Of a DNA stretch of 64,000 nucleotides, positions 9,301 to 17,438 are shown piece by piece (the stretch's first letter is position 1; every line of letters begins with the position of its first letter). The notes beneath the pieces were generated by a model that was given only the letters and a program-made list of their open reading frames with translations, was not told where the DNA came from and made no database searches. Made by a program: the position numbers and the translations under genes. Origin of the DNA: a virus. The stretch is from the IMG/VR virus record IMGVR_UViG_3300027887_000007, positions 1-64,000 of that record; one strand, written 5' to 3'.

Positions 9301-9671
9301 ATCTGAACCGAAGAGAGACCGCTACTGTCCTCGCTGCCCTGCGCCTCTTCCAGCAGAGACAGGTGAACTGCGACATGGAGCGGGTATTCCCCGAGTTTTT
9401 CAATGACGAGGGGCAAGTGCCTCTCGCGCAGTACGAGATCGACGACCTCTGCGAGCGGATCAACTTCGCGGAACCGTGCCTGCCCTTGACGGCGCCCACG
9501 GCGAAGGTTCTGGCCGAGGATCTGGACTACAACCTCAGGCACAACTCCCGCGACTTGCCGTACTCGTTCAAGCACCCGAGCGGGCTGCGCGAGATCCGCG
9601 AGGATATCCTCCACAAGCTGGAGAGGCTGCAAGGCGAGATCCGTTCGATTGTCCAGAGCGCCAAAGGCTAG
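9297..9671 (+). CDS. phage protein (RExATVLAALR...EIDDLCERIN family)
   Basis: Motif recognition; ATGA overlap. Confidence 0.75.
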   Translation: MNLNRRETATVLAALRLFQQRQVNCDMERVFPEFFNDEGQVPLAQYEIDDLCERINFAEPCLPLTAPTAKVLAEDLDYNLRHNSRDLPYSFKHPSGLREIREDILHKLERLQGEIRSIVQSAKG

Positions 9672-9858
9672 TGGCGATTCCGCGCCGCGACTCCGGTCGT
9701 GGCGGGGAACCGCTGCAAAGCGGGGCGTTCACGGAGTTTTGAGCCAAGCGTTTGAGGGACTCTGTCGCCGCCCACCGGCTAGGGGCATACAGAGAGCCTA
9801 GAAAAAGCTGCCGCCCCGCCGGGGGGCGATATCCCCGGCACTAACAAAGGAGAGACCA

Positions 9859-10359
9859 ATGCACAAACTCATTGCCGCAATAGTCCCCGCGAGCGACGAG
9901 AGGGATGCACTGATACACGCGGACGGCATCTTCTCGGAGCTGTGCGGAGACGGAAAGCCCTACGACTACCACTCCACCTTCGATGAGGGATGGGCGCGTG
10001 ACCGATGGGGCGAACTCTTTCCTGCAAAACCAGTGGGAGATCCGGTTGCCGATCAACTGGTATCCGAACTGATGGAGAGCAGGAAGAAGGAATTCATGCG
10101 GGGCATCGAAGCGCTCCGCGCCCGCATGGAAGCCAAGAACGACGAAGAGGTCTACATGGCCCTCTGCGACTACGGCGAATGGCCGAGCGTGGATTACGCC
10201 TTGCAGCTAATGTCGGGCGGGCATAATTGCTGTTACATCTACGGTCTGTCGGGCGCCGTCCTGAACCCTGTCGGCCTGAAGAGCCTGATCGAAGAGTACG
10301 AAGACCAAACCGAGAGCGGCGAGAAGCTGTGGGTTGTTCCCGCCGACGTTCACTACTAG
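9859..10359 (+). CDS. early hypothetical protein
   Basis: AAGGAGAGACC RBS; ends WVVPADVHY. Confidence 0.75.
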   Translation: MHKLIAAIVPASDERDALIHADGIFSELCGDGKPYDYHSTFDEGWARDRWGELFPAKPVGDPVADQLVSELMESRKKEFMRGIEALRARMEAKNDEEVYMALCDYGEWPSVDYALQLMSGGHNCCYIYGLSGAVLNPVGLKSLIEEYEDQTESGEKLWVVPADVHY

Positions 10360-10367
10360 GGGGAACC

Positions 10368-10604
10368 ATGACGATCAGTGTTTTGGTGATTGAAAACCGG
10401 GACGGATTTATCATCGAAGCATGGCGCAATGACAAGCTCGCCCAAGAGTCGCTCTTCGAGTATGTGAAGCAGGAGTGGCCCTCCGAGTTTCCAGACGAAG
10501 CCATGCCGGAAGACCCCGGAGTGGCGATTGACCAGTACTTTGAAGACAACTACGACGAGTTCTACTACCTAGAACTCGTCCCACTCAAAGGGGAAGAGGC
10601 ATGA
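10368..10604 (+). CDS. acidic early hypothetical protein
   Basis: GGGGGA RBS. Confidence 0.65.
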   Translation: MTISVLVIENRDGFIIEAWRNDKLAQESLFEYVKQEWPSEFPDEAMPEDPGVAIDQYFEDNYDEFYYLELVPLKGEEA

Positions 10605-10918
10605 AAGGCTACCAAGTCCAGCTCTATGCCGTAGTCCGCGTCAAGGTTCCCGTGCAAGCCGAGAGCCAAGAGGAAGCGATCACGGCAGCTATCGAGAAAG
10701 TGTGGGGTGACCGGCCCGACAGGGGCGCCCCTCCGCTCTACAAACTCTTCAACCGGGACTTCCCATGCCCCGAGGTTGTTTACACCGAATTCGCTGAGGA
10801 GGTTCTCCGCTACCTCGTGGACGAGGACGGTGACGAAGACTTCGAGAAGTCCGAATTCTACATCGACAACCCCACGCCTAACGCCTACACGCCGTACATC
10901 GTGGAACCCGAACGATGA
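10601..10918 (+). CDS. acidic early hypothetical protein
   Basis: VQAESQEEA motif; ATGA overlap. Confidence 0.7.
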   Translation: MKGYQVQLYAVVRVKVPVQAESQEEAITAAIEKVWGDRPDRGAPPLYKLFNRDFPCPEVVYTEFAEEVLRYLVDEDGDEDFEKSEFYIDNPTPNAYTPYIVEPER

Positions 10919-10984
10919 TCGAGGGGGCGGCGCATCTGCGGGTGTGCCGTCCTTCCGCTTATTGAGCGGGGAAAGAGAGAAACC

Positions 10985-11266
10985 ATGAGCGAGCAAAAAA
11001 CGATTGTCTGCCCACAATGCGGGGGAACCCGCATGAGGGTCGGACAGTTCACTTGGAACTACCAAGTGTGGCAGCAGGAGACCGAGGACGAGGAAGAGGA
11101 TTGGGGATACAGTAACTTCTGCGACTTCGCAGGCGACGACAAGATTGTGAGCGTGTACTGCGATACCTGCGAACGGCAAGGAAACCCCATCGACCTCACC
11201 GATCTCGCGGTCCAGTGCGGCCTCACTGTTTACGAAGAGGACAAGTTCCCGAGGAGGGTCGCATGA
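10985..11266 (+). CDS. Zn-ribbon acidic protein
   Basis: CPQC...CDTC; leader motif. Confidence 0.7.
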   Translation: MSEQKTIVCPQCGGTRMRVGQFTWNYQVWQQETEDEEEDWGYSNFCDFAGDDKIVSVYCDTCERQGNPIDLTDLAVQCGLTVYEEDKFPRRVA

Positions 11267-11643
11267 GTGAGGCATGGAAAACCAGACCGAAGGGCGATCC
11301 GACTCACTGGAAGCACCTACCGGGGAAGAAGGTCGAGCAACGGCTGGAGGAGCTGGGCTGGGATTGGGGCGCTACGGGTGGGAACTGTGACGCTTACTTC
11401 CTTTACACTTCATCGAAGCCACTGACCTACTGGATGCTGACAGACGCGGGAGGCGCCTCGATTCCTAAGACCGGGGGAGCGAACTGCACCCTCGGCCTTT
11501 ACGTTGACTGCGAGCAGATAACGTGGCTGGACGTTCCGCTGTGGGCCATTCTATCCAACACCTTGCTGTTCCTCGACGCCGGGCATGAGAAGCATGAAAG
11601 AGCAGAAGCGATTGTTCGAGACCGAAAAGCGCCGCGTTCCTAA
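11263..11643 (+). CDS. early hypothetical protein (TGGNCxA motif)
   Basis: GGAGG RBS; ATGA overlap. Confidence 0.7.
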   Translation: MSEAWKTRPKGDPTHWKHLPGKKVEQRLEELGWDWGATGGNCDAYFLYTSSKPLTYWMLTDAGGASIPKTGGANCTLGLYVDCEQITWLDVPLWAILSNTLLFLDAGHEKHERAEAIVRDRKAPRS

Positions 11644-11767
11644 GCGCTTCCGGTACATACCTCAACGAGCTGGTAAACCGAAGTACTCAACGGAGGACTA
11701 TGTCAGGGCTTTCAAGCGATGGGAGCAGGGACAAGAACCTAACCCGAACGGAGATACTGATTCGTAG
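11594..11767 (+). CDS. small hypothetical protein
   Basis: Short ORF overlapping the upstream gene. Confidence 0.4.
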   Translation: MKEQKRLFETEKRRVPKRFRYIPQRAGKPKYSTEDYVRAFKRWEQGQEPNPNGDTDS

Positions 11768-11841
11768 GTTCGTTACAGTTGCGACTTTGATTGCTTTCGT
11801 GACGATGCTTTACCTGTCTTGCGGACGAGTGCGTTGACCCC

Positions 11842-12459
11842 TCACTCATCGGGGTCGGGGATCTCATCACCTTCTCCGGCCCCGACCGCTTCCGCCTCTA
11901 CCTCAATCGGCGCTTCCTGTGGAGGGAGTTCTTGCCTAGCTGCCATCCGATCCATGACGCGGCGAAGGATGTCCTCGGAGCTGGTAAGTCCGTTGCTACC
12001 CGATCCGCCGGCGTTCACGGTGAGCGACTTCTGCTCCACGTTTACGTTGATGCCGCCTGGCCGCTCCTGCATCCCGACCGCCTCTCGGAACTCTTTGAGG
12101 GGTCCGACAGGGGAGACTCCAGAAGTCAGATATTGCTCGACAGGAATATCCAAGGCCGCGGACAAGAGGCGCCGGTACTTCTGGGACTCAGTCCTTTGCA
12201 GCAGTATCCGGTTCCGGTCGTTCTCTTGGGAAATGATCGTTCTGGTCGGAAGGCAGGATCGGACGTGCTGGATGTCCAGCTCGATCTCTTCCGGCGTTGC
12301 GGAGAGGAACTTAGCGATCTCTTCCTCCGTGTAGCCGGAGATGAAGTGGCTGTAGGCCTTGTTCGCCCGGTCGGCGTTGGGGTAGTCGGTGATGTTCGCC
12401 CGGCGAACCGAGGGGGCTGGCCCCATCTTGGTTATCGCCCAATCAAAGTTGTTCGCCAT
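11842..12459 (-). CDS. HTH protein, possible terminase small subunit
   Basis: N-terminal HTH-like GYTEEEIAKFLSATPEEIELDI, helical middle, INVNVEQ beta tail and acidic end; TACAAT box 6 nt before the ATG suggests a leaderless mRNA. Confidence 0.55.
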   Translation of the reverse strand: MANNFDWAITKMGPAPSVRRANITDYPNADRANKAYSHFISGYTEEEIAKFLSATPEEIELDIQHVRSCLPTRTIISQENDRNRILLQRTESQKYRRLLSAALDIPVEQYLTSGVSPVGPLKEFREAVGMQERPGGINVNVEQKSLTVNAGGSGSNGLTSSEDILRRVMDRMAARQELPPQEAPIEVEAEAVGAGEGDEIPDPDE

Positions 12460-12495
12460 AACCCGATTGTATGACAGAAGAGTAAAGGAGAGCAA

Positions 12496-13086
12496 ATGGG
12501 ACACATTTTTTTAACCGAGGAGCGGATCGCCATCATCATGAACCGCGCAAAGCAGAGCTGTGCCAGAGACTACGCCCTCCTGTCCGTTGCGGCCTGCACG
12601 GCGCTGCGGGCATCCGACCTCCTTCGGCTTCGCATAGCCGATGTCGTAGAGGAGGACGGCGGGGTCGTTCTGGCTCTTAGACTGAAAATCAAGAAAACTG
12701 GCAAGATGATCGAACGGCCGCTGCGGGAGGATGCCCGGGCAGCGCTCGCCGCTTACATCAAGGAACGGGACGACAAGAACCCCTACCTTTTTGTAAGCCT
12801 TCCCTCGGCCAACAAGCTGAGGCGGAAGCAACCACTCCACCGGGAGAGCTACTCGCTCATCATCAAAAAGTACCTGTCCGAGTTCTACCCGCACTCCGTA
12901 CTTCAAGGCTGCGCGACCCACACGCTGCGCCGATCAGTGGCCAAGTTGGTCTACAAGAAATCGGGAAGGATCGAGCCGGCGACTCTACTGCTTGGTCACA
13001 GCAGTCCAGCGAACACCATGCGGTACATCGACTCGGACGACATCAGGGACACTGCAAACGGAATCGTTGACAGCTTACAATGGTGA
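12496..13086 (+). CDS. tyrosine recombinase, catalytic domain only
   Basis: LRASD (R), KKT (K), HTLRR (HxxR), LLGH, TMRY (Y); 196 aa with no arm- or core-binding domain. Confidence 0.9.
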   Translation: MGHIFLTEERIAIIMNRAKQSCARDYALLSVAACTALRASDLLRLRIADVVEEDGGVVLALRLKIKKTGKMIERPLREDARAALAAYIKERDDKNPYLFVSLPSANKLRRKQPLHRESYSLIIKKYLSEFYPHSVLQGCATHTLRRSVAKLVYKKSGRIEPATLLLGHSSPANTMRYIDSDDIRDTANGIVDSLQW

Positions 13087-13095
13087 TAGTATAAC
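13067..13095 (+). promoter_or_regulatory. sigma70-type promoter of the tRNA
   Basis: TTGACA (13067-13072), 17 bp spacer, TATAAC (13090-13095). Confidence 0.8.
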
Positions 13096-13120
13096 CGGTC
13101 TGTGAGCCCAACAACTTATG

Positions 13121-13195
13121 TGCGGGGTAGAGCAGAGGTAGCTCGTCAGGCTCATAACCTGAAGGCCGGGGGTTCAAGTCCCTCCCCCGCCACCA
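13121..13195 (+). tRNA. initiator tRNA-fMet (CAT)
   Basis: Full cloverleaf, CAT anticodon, 1x72 mismatch (T.C), A11-T24 pair, GTTCAA T-loop, encoded CCA. Confidence 0.95.
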
Positions 13196-13237
13196 AGTTT
13201 TGCTTGACACCGAATCGTCACGGTGCGAAGATGGCGA

Positions 13238-13302
13238 TGCCTAGCAACGTACATGGTCTCTCTTGGGGCGCGACTTGATCGGGGTCGCGCCCCTTCCTTT
13301 TT
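13238..13302 (+). ncRNA. candidate sRNA antisense to the early-gene leader motif
   Basis: CATGGTCTCTCTT (13252-13264) is the reverse complement of AAGAGAGACCATG; TTGACA at 13204 upstream, terminator-like hairpin downstream. Confidence 0.45.
13265..13302 (+). terminator. intrinsic terminator-like hairpin
   Basis: GGGGCGCGAC/GTCGCGCCCC 10-bp stem followed by TTCCTTTTT. Confidence 0.6.
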
Positions 13303-13309
13303 CCCCTCT

Positions 13310-13927
13310 ATGACAGAGACCGTCTCCGTAGTGATCGGGACGTTCGGCGATCGGGACTTCTGGTGCCATCTCGCCCGAAGAGCCTTCGCGTCCGCCGAGG
13401 CTCAGGACCCAAAGCCCGCCGAAATCACGATGGTTCACGAGGAGTCCCTCAGCCTTGCGAGAAACAGGGGCGCCCGACTGTCGAGCGGCGACTGGCTCTG
13501 CTTCCTCGATGCCGACGACGAGCTGGAGCCCGGCTACATCGCAGAGATGCTGAAGGCCGAGGGAGACCTCCGATACCCATCCGTCAGGTACATCCCGTGG
13601 GACAGCTCGAAGCCCCCGGAGTCGTACACCCCCACCCAGATGACGGTGAGACCCCTCCTGACCGGTAACTACATGGTCATCGGAACCCTCGTCAGAAGGG
13701 AGCAATTCCTCAGAGTGGGGGGGTTCGATGAGTGGCCCGCCTACGAGGATTGGGCCCTCTGGATCAAGTGCTGGATCGACGGCGCCAAGGCGATGCCCGC
13801 AGAAAAGGCCGTTTATCGGGCTTATAGGCGTCCGGACGGGAGGAACGTGGTCAAGAACCCAGCCGTTATCTTCTACCAGATCAAGAATGCGTACCTCGGT
13901 CTGGCCAAAGAGAAAGGCCTCGCATGA
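13310..13927 (+). CDS. glycosyltransferase family 2
   Basis: VSVVI, ARNRGA, WLCFLDADD, GGFDE, EDWALW. Confidence 0.9.
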   Translation: MTETVSVVIGTFGDRDFWCHLARRAFASAEAQDPKPAEITMVHEESLSLARNRGARLSSGDWLCFLDADDELEPGYIAEMLKAEGDLRYPSVRYIPWDSSKPPESYTPTQMTVRPLLTGNYMVIGTLVRREQFLRVGGFDEWPAYEDWALWIKCWIDGAKAMPAEKAVYRAYRRPDGRNVVKNPAVIFYQIKNAYLGLAKEKGLA

Positions 13928-14589
13928 GCCATGAAGTGTGCCTGATCTGCTTCACAGACGGCCGCGGCCAGTACCTCAGACGCACCCTCGAATCCTTCAC
14001 CGCAATGGTGAAGGGTCCCATCACCTGCAGGTTCCTACACAACGACGCCGGGGTCGAACCCTACAAGCAGTACCTCACTCAGGAGTGGGGGAAGCACTTC
14101 GATGTGATGTTTCACCACACGAACCGCATGGGGTTCTGTTGGTCGGTCAAGGATGCTTGGAGCAAGATCCCCCTGAAGTGCGACTACGTCTTCCACCTCG
14201 AGGACGACTTCGTGTTCAACCGCGAACTCGACCTGTCAGAGATGATCGACGTGATGGAGGAGAACCCGCATCTTATCCAGATCGCCCTGTTGCGGCAGCC
14301 CTGGAACTCCGATGAGCAAGCCGCCGGCGGGATCTGGCAGCAAAGGCCGCAGGACTACACGCAGAAGAGCAAGTGGTTTGAGCATAGGATTGTTTTCACG
14401 ACAAACCCGTGCCTCTACCGAAGGTCACTGACAAACCGCGACTGGCCACTGGTTGAACACTGCGAGGGTATCTTCACCCATCAACTCTTCAATAGCGATC
14501 CAAACCTGAGATCCGCCTTCTGGGGGCAGATGGGAGACCCGCCATACGTCGAACACATCGGATACGGCAGGGTCGGAACGGGATACTGA
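13924..14589 (+). CDS. GT-A fold glycosyltransferase
   Basis: GRGQYLRRTLESF, YVFHLEDDF, FTTNPCL, VEHIG. Confidence 0.85.
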   Translation: MSHEVCLICFTDGRGQYLRRTLESFTAMVKGPITCRFLHNDAGVEPYKQYLTQEWGKHFDVMFHHTNRMGFCWSVKDAWSKIPLKCDYVFHLEDDFVFNRELDLSEMIDVMEENPHLIQIALLRQPWNSDEQAAGGIWQQRPQDYTQKSKWFEHRIVFTTNPCLYRRSLTNRDWPLVEHCEGIFTHQLFNSDPNLRSAFWGQMGDPPYVEHIGYGRVGTGY

Positions 14590-15581
14590 TGAGCGAGAAC
14601 AGTTACACATCTACCGGCGTGAAGTTGGCTTACCACCCGGCTGCGATAGCGGATCTGCACCGCGGCCTGAACCACCCGATCGTCCTCCACATCATGCCGA
14701 CCGAGATTTGCAACCTAGAGTGCGTCTTCTGTTCGGTCGCGCAGCGGGGAGCCGAGGGTCGATGGCTTCCAGACCTGACGATGACCCAGATCAACTCCGT
14801 CGTTACCGCATTGAGCCCACTGGGACTGAAGGCTGTGATTTTAAGCGGAGGAGGGGATCCCACGCTCTACAAAGAGATCAACGCCCTGATCTACTACTTG
14901 TCCGCGATGGGGCTAGAGATCGGGATGATTACCAATGGCATCCTGCTCCGCGACCGGATCTGGGAAGAGAGATTGCGGCTTCTGAAGTGGATCCGGATCT
15001 CAGCGAACACCCTAGACTATCGCAGAAGGATCGACATCCCCCCGCTACCCGACAGCGTGACCTTAGGCTTCAGCTACATCTGGAATCCACTGACGACGGG
15101 AGAAATCATCGGGAACATCCGCCAGCTTTGCGCTGCCCATCCTGTGCGGTACGTCAGGGTCCTATCTGACTGCCAGCTCGACTCCCCTGAGCTGGACAAG
15201 GCGCAGGACAAGCTGGCCAAGATCGTCGCAACGCTGGGGCCTCCGTTCTTTCACCAAAACAAGAGACACGCCATGCCCGCGGAGTGCCACTTGGGAAGGG
15301 TACACCCGGTACTCTACACTGACGGGTACATTTACCCTTGCGATTCTGTCGTACTGAACTCCCCGAAAGAGGACAAGAAGTTTCACTCAGACTATGCGAT
15401 CTGTCGCTGGGACGGTGTCAGGGAGTTCTACCGGTCACCCATCGCCGGCTCGCTTGTGGACACCCGAAAATGCCCCCATTGCGTATTCGCCGCACAAAAC
15501 GGACTGCTAACGTCAATCGTAAACCAAAAAACAAACCTCACGGAGCCGTCCGAAAAGGTCGAACACGTAAACTTCGTGTAG
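14589..15581 (+). CDS. radical SAM protein with C-terminal Cys cluster (SPASM/twitch-like)
   Basis: CNLECVFC, SGGGDPT, ITNG, C..DGYIYPC..CPHC. Confidence 0.9.
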   Translation: MSENSYTSTGVKLAYHPAAIADLHRGLNHPIVLHIMPTEICNLECVFCSVAQRGAEGRWLPDLTMTQINSVVTALSPLGLKAVILSGGGDPTLYKEINALIYYLSAMGLEIGMITNGILLRDRIWEERLRLLKWIRISANTLDYRRRIDIPPLPDSVTLGFSYIWNPLTTGEIIGNIRQLCAAHPVRYVRVLSDCQLDSPELDKAQDKLAKIVATLGPPFFHQNKRHAMPAECHLGRVHPVLYTDGYIYPCDSVVLNSPKEDKKFHSDYAICRWDGVREFYRSPIAGSLVDTRKCPHCVFAAQNGLLTSIVNQKTNLTEPSEKVEHVNFV

Positions 15582-16216
15582 AGCTCTACGACGAGGAGTA
15601 TTTCGAGCGAGGCATCGCAACCGGTAAGTCGCTTTACGTCAACTACCACTGGATGCCGGAGCTGACGATCCGCATGGCTCACCACATGACGCGGATCCTG
15701 CCGATTCGCCTTGGCGAGACGGTTCTCGACTACGGCTGCGCCAAGGGATACCTCGTTAAGGCGCTGCGCCTCCTCGACATCAACGCCTTCGGGTGCGATA
15801 TCTCGAGCTACGCAATCAAGAACGTCGACGATTCGGTCAAGAGATACTGCGAGAAGATCCCCCCAGAGCTTCCTCCAGTCCCGTTCCCGGGCCTTCGGTT
15901 CAGTTGGATCGTTACCAAAGACGTTCTCGAACACATGTCGGAGCGGGACATCCACTGGTTCCTCAGCTCGACCGCTCACCGCTGCGACAGCATGTTCCAT
16001 GTGATCCCGCTTGGGGACGGCTGCAAATTCACCGTGCCGGAGTACGAGCGTGACACCACCCACGTCACCGCATGGCCCGCCGACAAGTGGATAAGCAAGT
16101 TCCGCGCTTACGGATGGAACAACATCACCTACGGGACCGAGGTCATGGGCATCAAGGAACTCTGGACCAGTCTCTACGAGACCGGTAACGGTTTCTTCTG
16201 GCTGCGACGGAGGTAG
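15470..16216 (+). CDS. class I SAM-dependent methyltransferase (start uncertain)
   Basis: VLDYGCAKG, GCDIS, DVLEH; protein-like sequence begins near 15578. Confidence 0.85.
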   Translation: MPPLRIRRTKRTANVNRKPKNKPHGAVRKGRTRKLRVELYDEEYFERGIATGKSLYVNYHWMPELTIRMAHHMTRILPIRLGETVLDYGCAKGYLVKALRLLDINAFGCDISSYAIKNVDDSVKRYCEKIPPELPPVPFPGLRFSWIVTKDVLEHMSERDIHWFLSSTAHRCDSMFHVIPLGDGCKFTVPEYERDTTHVTAWPADKWISKFRAYGWNNITYGTEVMGIKELWTSLYETGNGFFWLRRR

Positions 16217-16218
16217 CC

Positions 16219-16755
16219 GTGGAGCAGTGCGTGGCTGAAGCCGCCAAGCTGTGGGGCCTAGTCGGTGTGCCGGAGCTCGAATGGCTCGCCAACGAAGCCC
16301 GGACGATGGAATCCATTGTCGAGATCGGGTCCATGCACGGCCAAAGCGCCTACGTCCTGCTGTCGCTTTGCAAGGGACCGGTGTACTGTATCGACCCGTG
16401 GGACGACCGGAACAGAAAGCTCTACCTCAACCCGCCCGGGCGCCAGCTCCGTCAGTTCATGAAGAACTGCGGTCACTTCCATAACCTCAGGGCGATCAAG
16501 GGTCGGTCGCCGGCCGCCGGGCGGCAGGTAGTAGAGCCGATGGTGGACATGGTATGGATCGACGGGGACCACAGCTACGAGGCGGTGCGGGACGACATTC
16601 AGTACTGGCGACCCAGAACCGCCAATCTTATCTGCGGTCACGATTACAGCAACGCTCAGTGTCCGGGGGTCAAGAAAGCCGTGGACGAGTACTTTGGGGG
16701 GACGGCTCAGACGGCCCTCTACCGGGACCCGATCTGGTACGTGAGGATCTTGTGA
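16219..16755 (+). CDS. Methyltransf_24-type methyltransferase
   Basis: VEIGSMHGQS, CIDPW, IDGDHSYE, ICGHDY, GVKKAVDE. Confidence 0.9.
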   Translation: MEQCVAEAAKLWGLVGVPELEWLANEARTMESIVEIGSMHGQSAYVLLSLCKGPVYCIDPWDDRNRKLYLNPPGRQLRQFMKNCGHFHNLRAIKGRSPAAGRQVVEPMVDMVWIDGDHSYEAVRDDIQYWRPRTANLICGHDYSNAQCPGVKKAVDEYFGGTAQTALYRDPIWYVRIL

Positions 16756-17438
16756 CAGATAAAAAGGAACCACTGAAGTTTCGGATGGTCACAGTCACAC
16801 CGTCTCTGCGGCCGTCCATGTGGGCCAACGTCGCTGCGAACATCGTCAGGCAAATCCGCAAACCAGACCTTTCAATCCTCGTCCGACACAAAACCAAAGT
16901 CGAACCTTCGCTTTGGAAGGAGGAGCTCGCCGCCGCGGGCATCCCCACAATAGTCCTCGATGCCAAGGACTGGTTCCGCTTGGGAGATGTACTTGGGATG
17001 GGCTTCGCCGAGGCCGCGAGAAACATGGACATCGGCCTGATCTGCACGATCGACGACGACGACTACTACGGCAACTGCTACCTCGCCGAGCTGGATGACT
17101 TCTTCCGCGAACACCAAGATGCGGCAATCATCGGAAAGCAGATCTACCGCTGCCGCTGGCTGGACAACTCCCACGCCCCGAGGCTGATGTGTCCCCGGTG
17201 GACCCCAAACCCCGAGCAATGTGCCTCCGTAGCCGGCCCGACAATATCAGTAAACGTGAAGTTGTGGAGAGAGAACCCAAACTTCAGACACCCGATACAC
17301 GACCCTGTCGCAGACGTTGGGATCATCATGGCTGCCCACGCCTGCAACCTGAAGGTCTACACAACAACCCCCGACCACTTCTGGCTGCAGCGCTACGGCC
17401 CGGAACACGGTCACGGATGGGTGTGGGACGGAGAGTAA
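16752..17438 (+). CDS. GT-A fold glycosyltransferase
   Basis: GTGA overlap start; IDDDDYY, IIGK, VAGPT. Confidence 0.75.
   Translation: MTDKKEPLKFRMVTVTPSLRPSMWANVAANIVRQIRKPDLSILVRHKTKVEPSLWKEELAAAGIPTIVLDAKDWFRLGDVLGMGFAEAARNMDIGLICTIDDDDYYGNCYLAELDDFFREHQDAAIIGKQIYRCRWLDNSHAPRLMCPRWTPNPEQCASVAGPTISVNVKLWRENPNFRHPIHDPVADVGIIMAAHACNLKVYTTTPDHFWLQRYGPEHGHGWVWDGE

Larger units (their letters stand above)
859..10984 (+). repeat. dispersed intergenic leader repeat family (GC hairpin(s) + GCGGGGAAAG(C)AGAGACC(T/G)ATG)
   Basis: Variants precede ATGs at 961, 1333, 1967, 2721, 3044, 3690, 4256, 5171, 5957, 6379, 7514, 8323, 9859 and 10985; hairpins with C(TACG)G, C(TCCG)G and GCAA loops. Confidence 0.9.

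Noticed and set aside
859-13086. Integron (attC cassettes + IntI)
   Set aside because: The hairpins lack consistent RYYYAAC/GTTRRRY ends, and the recombinase is too short and lacks the IntI-specific insertion.
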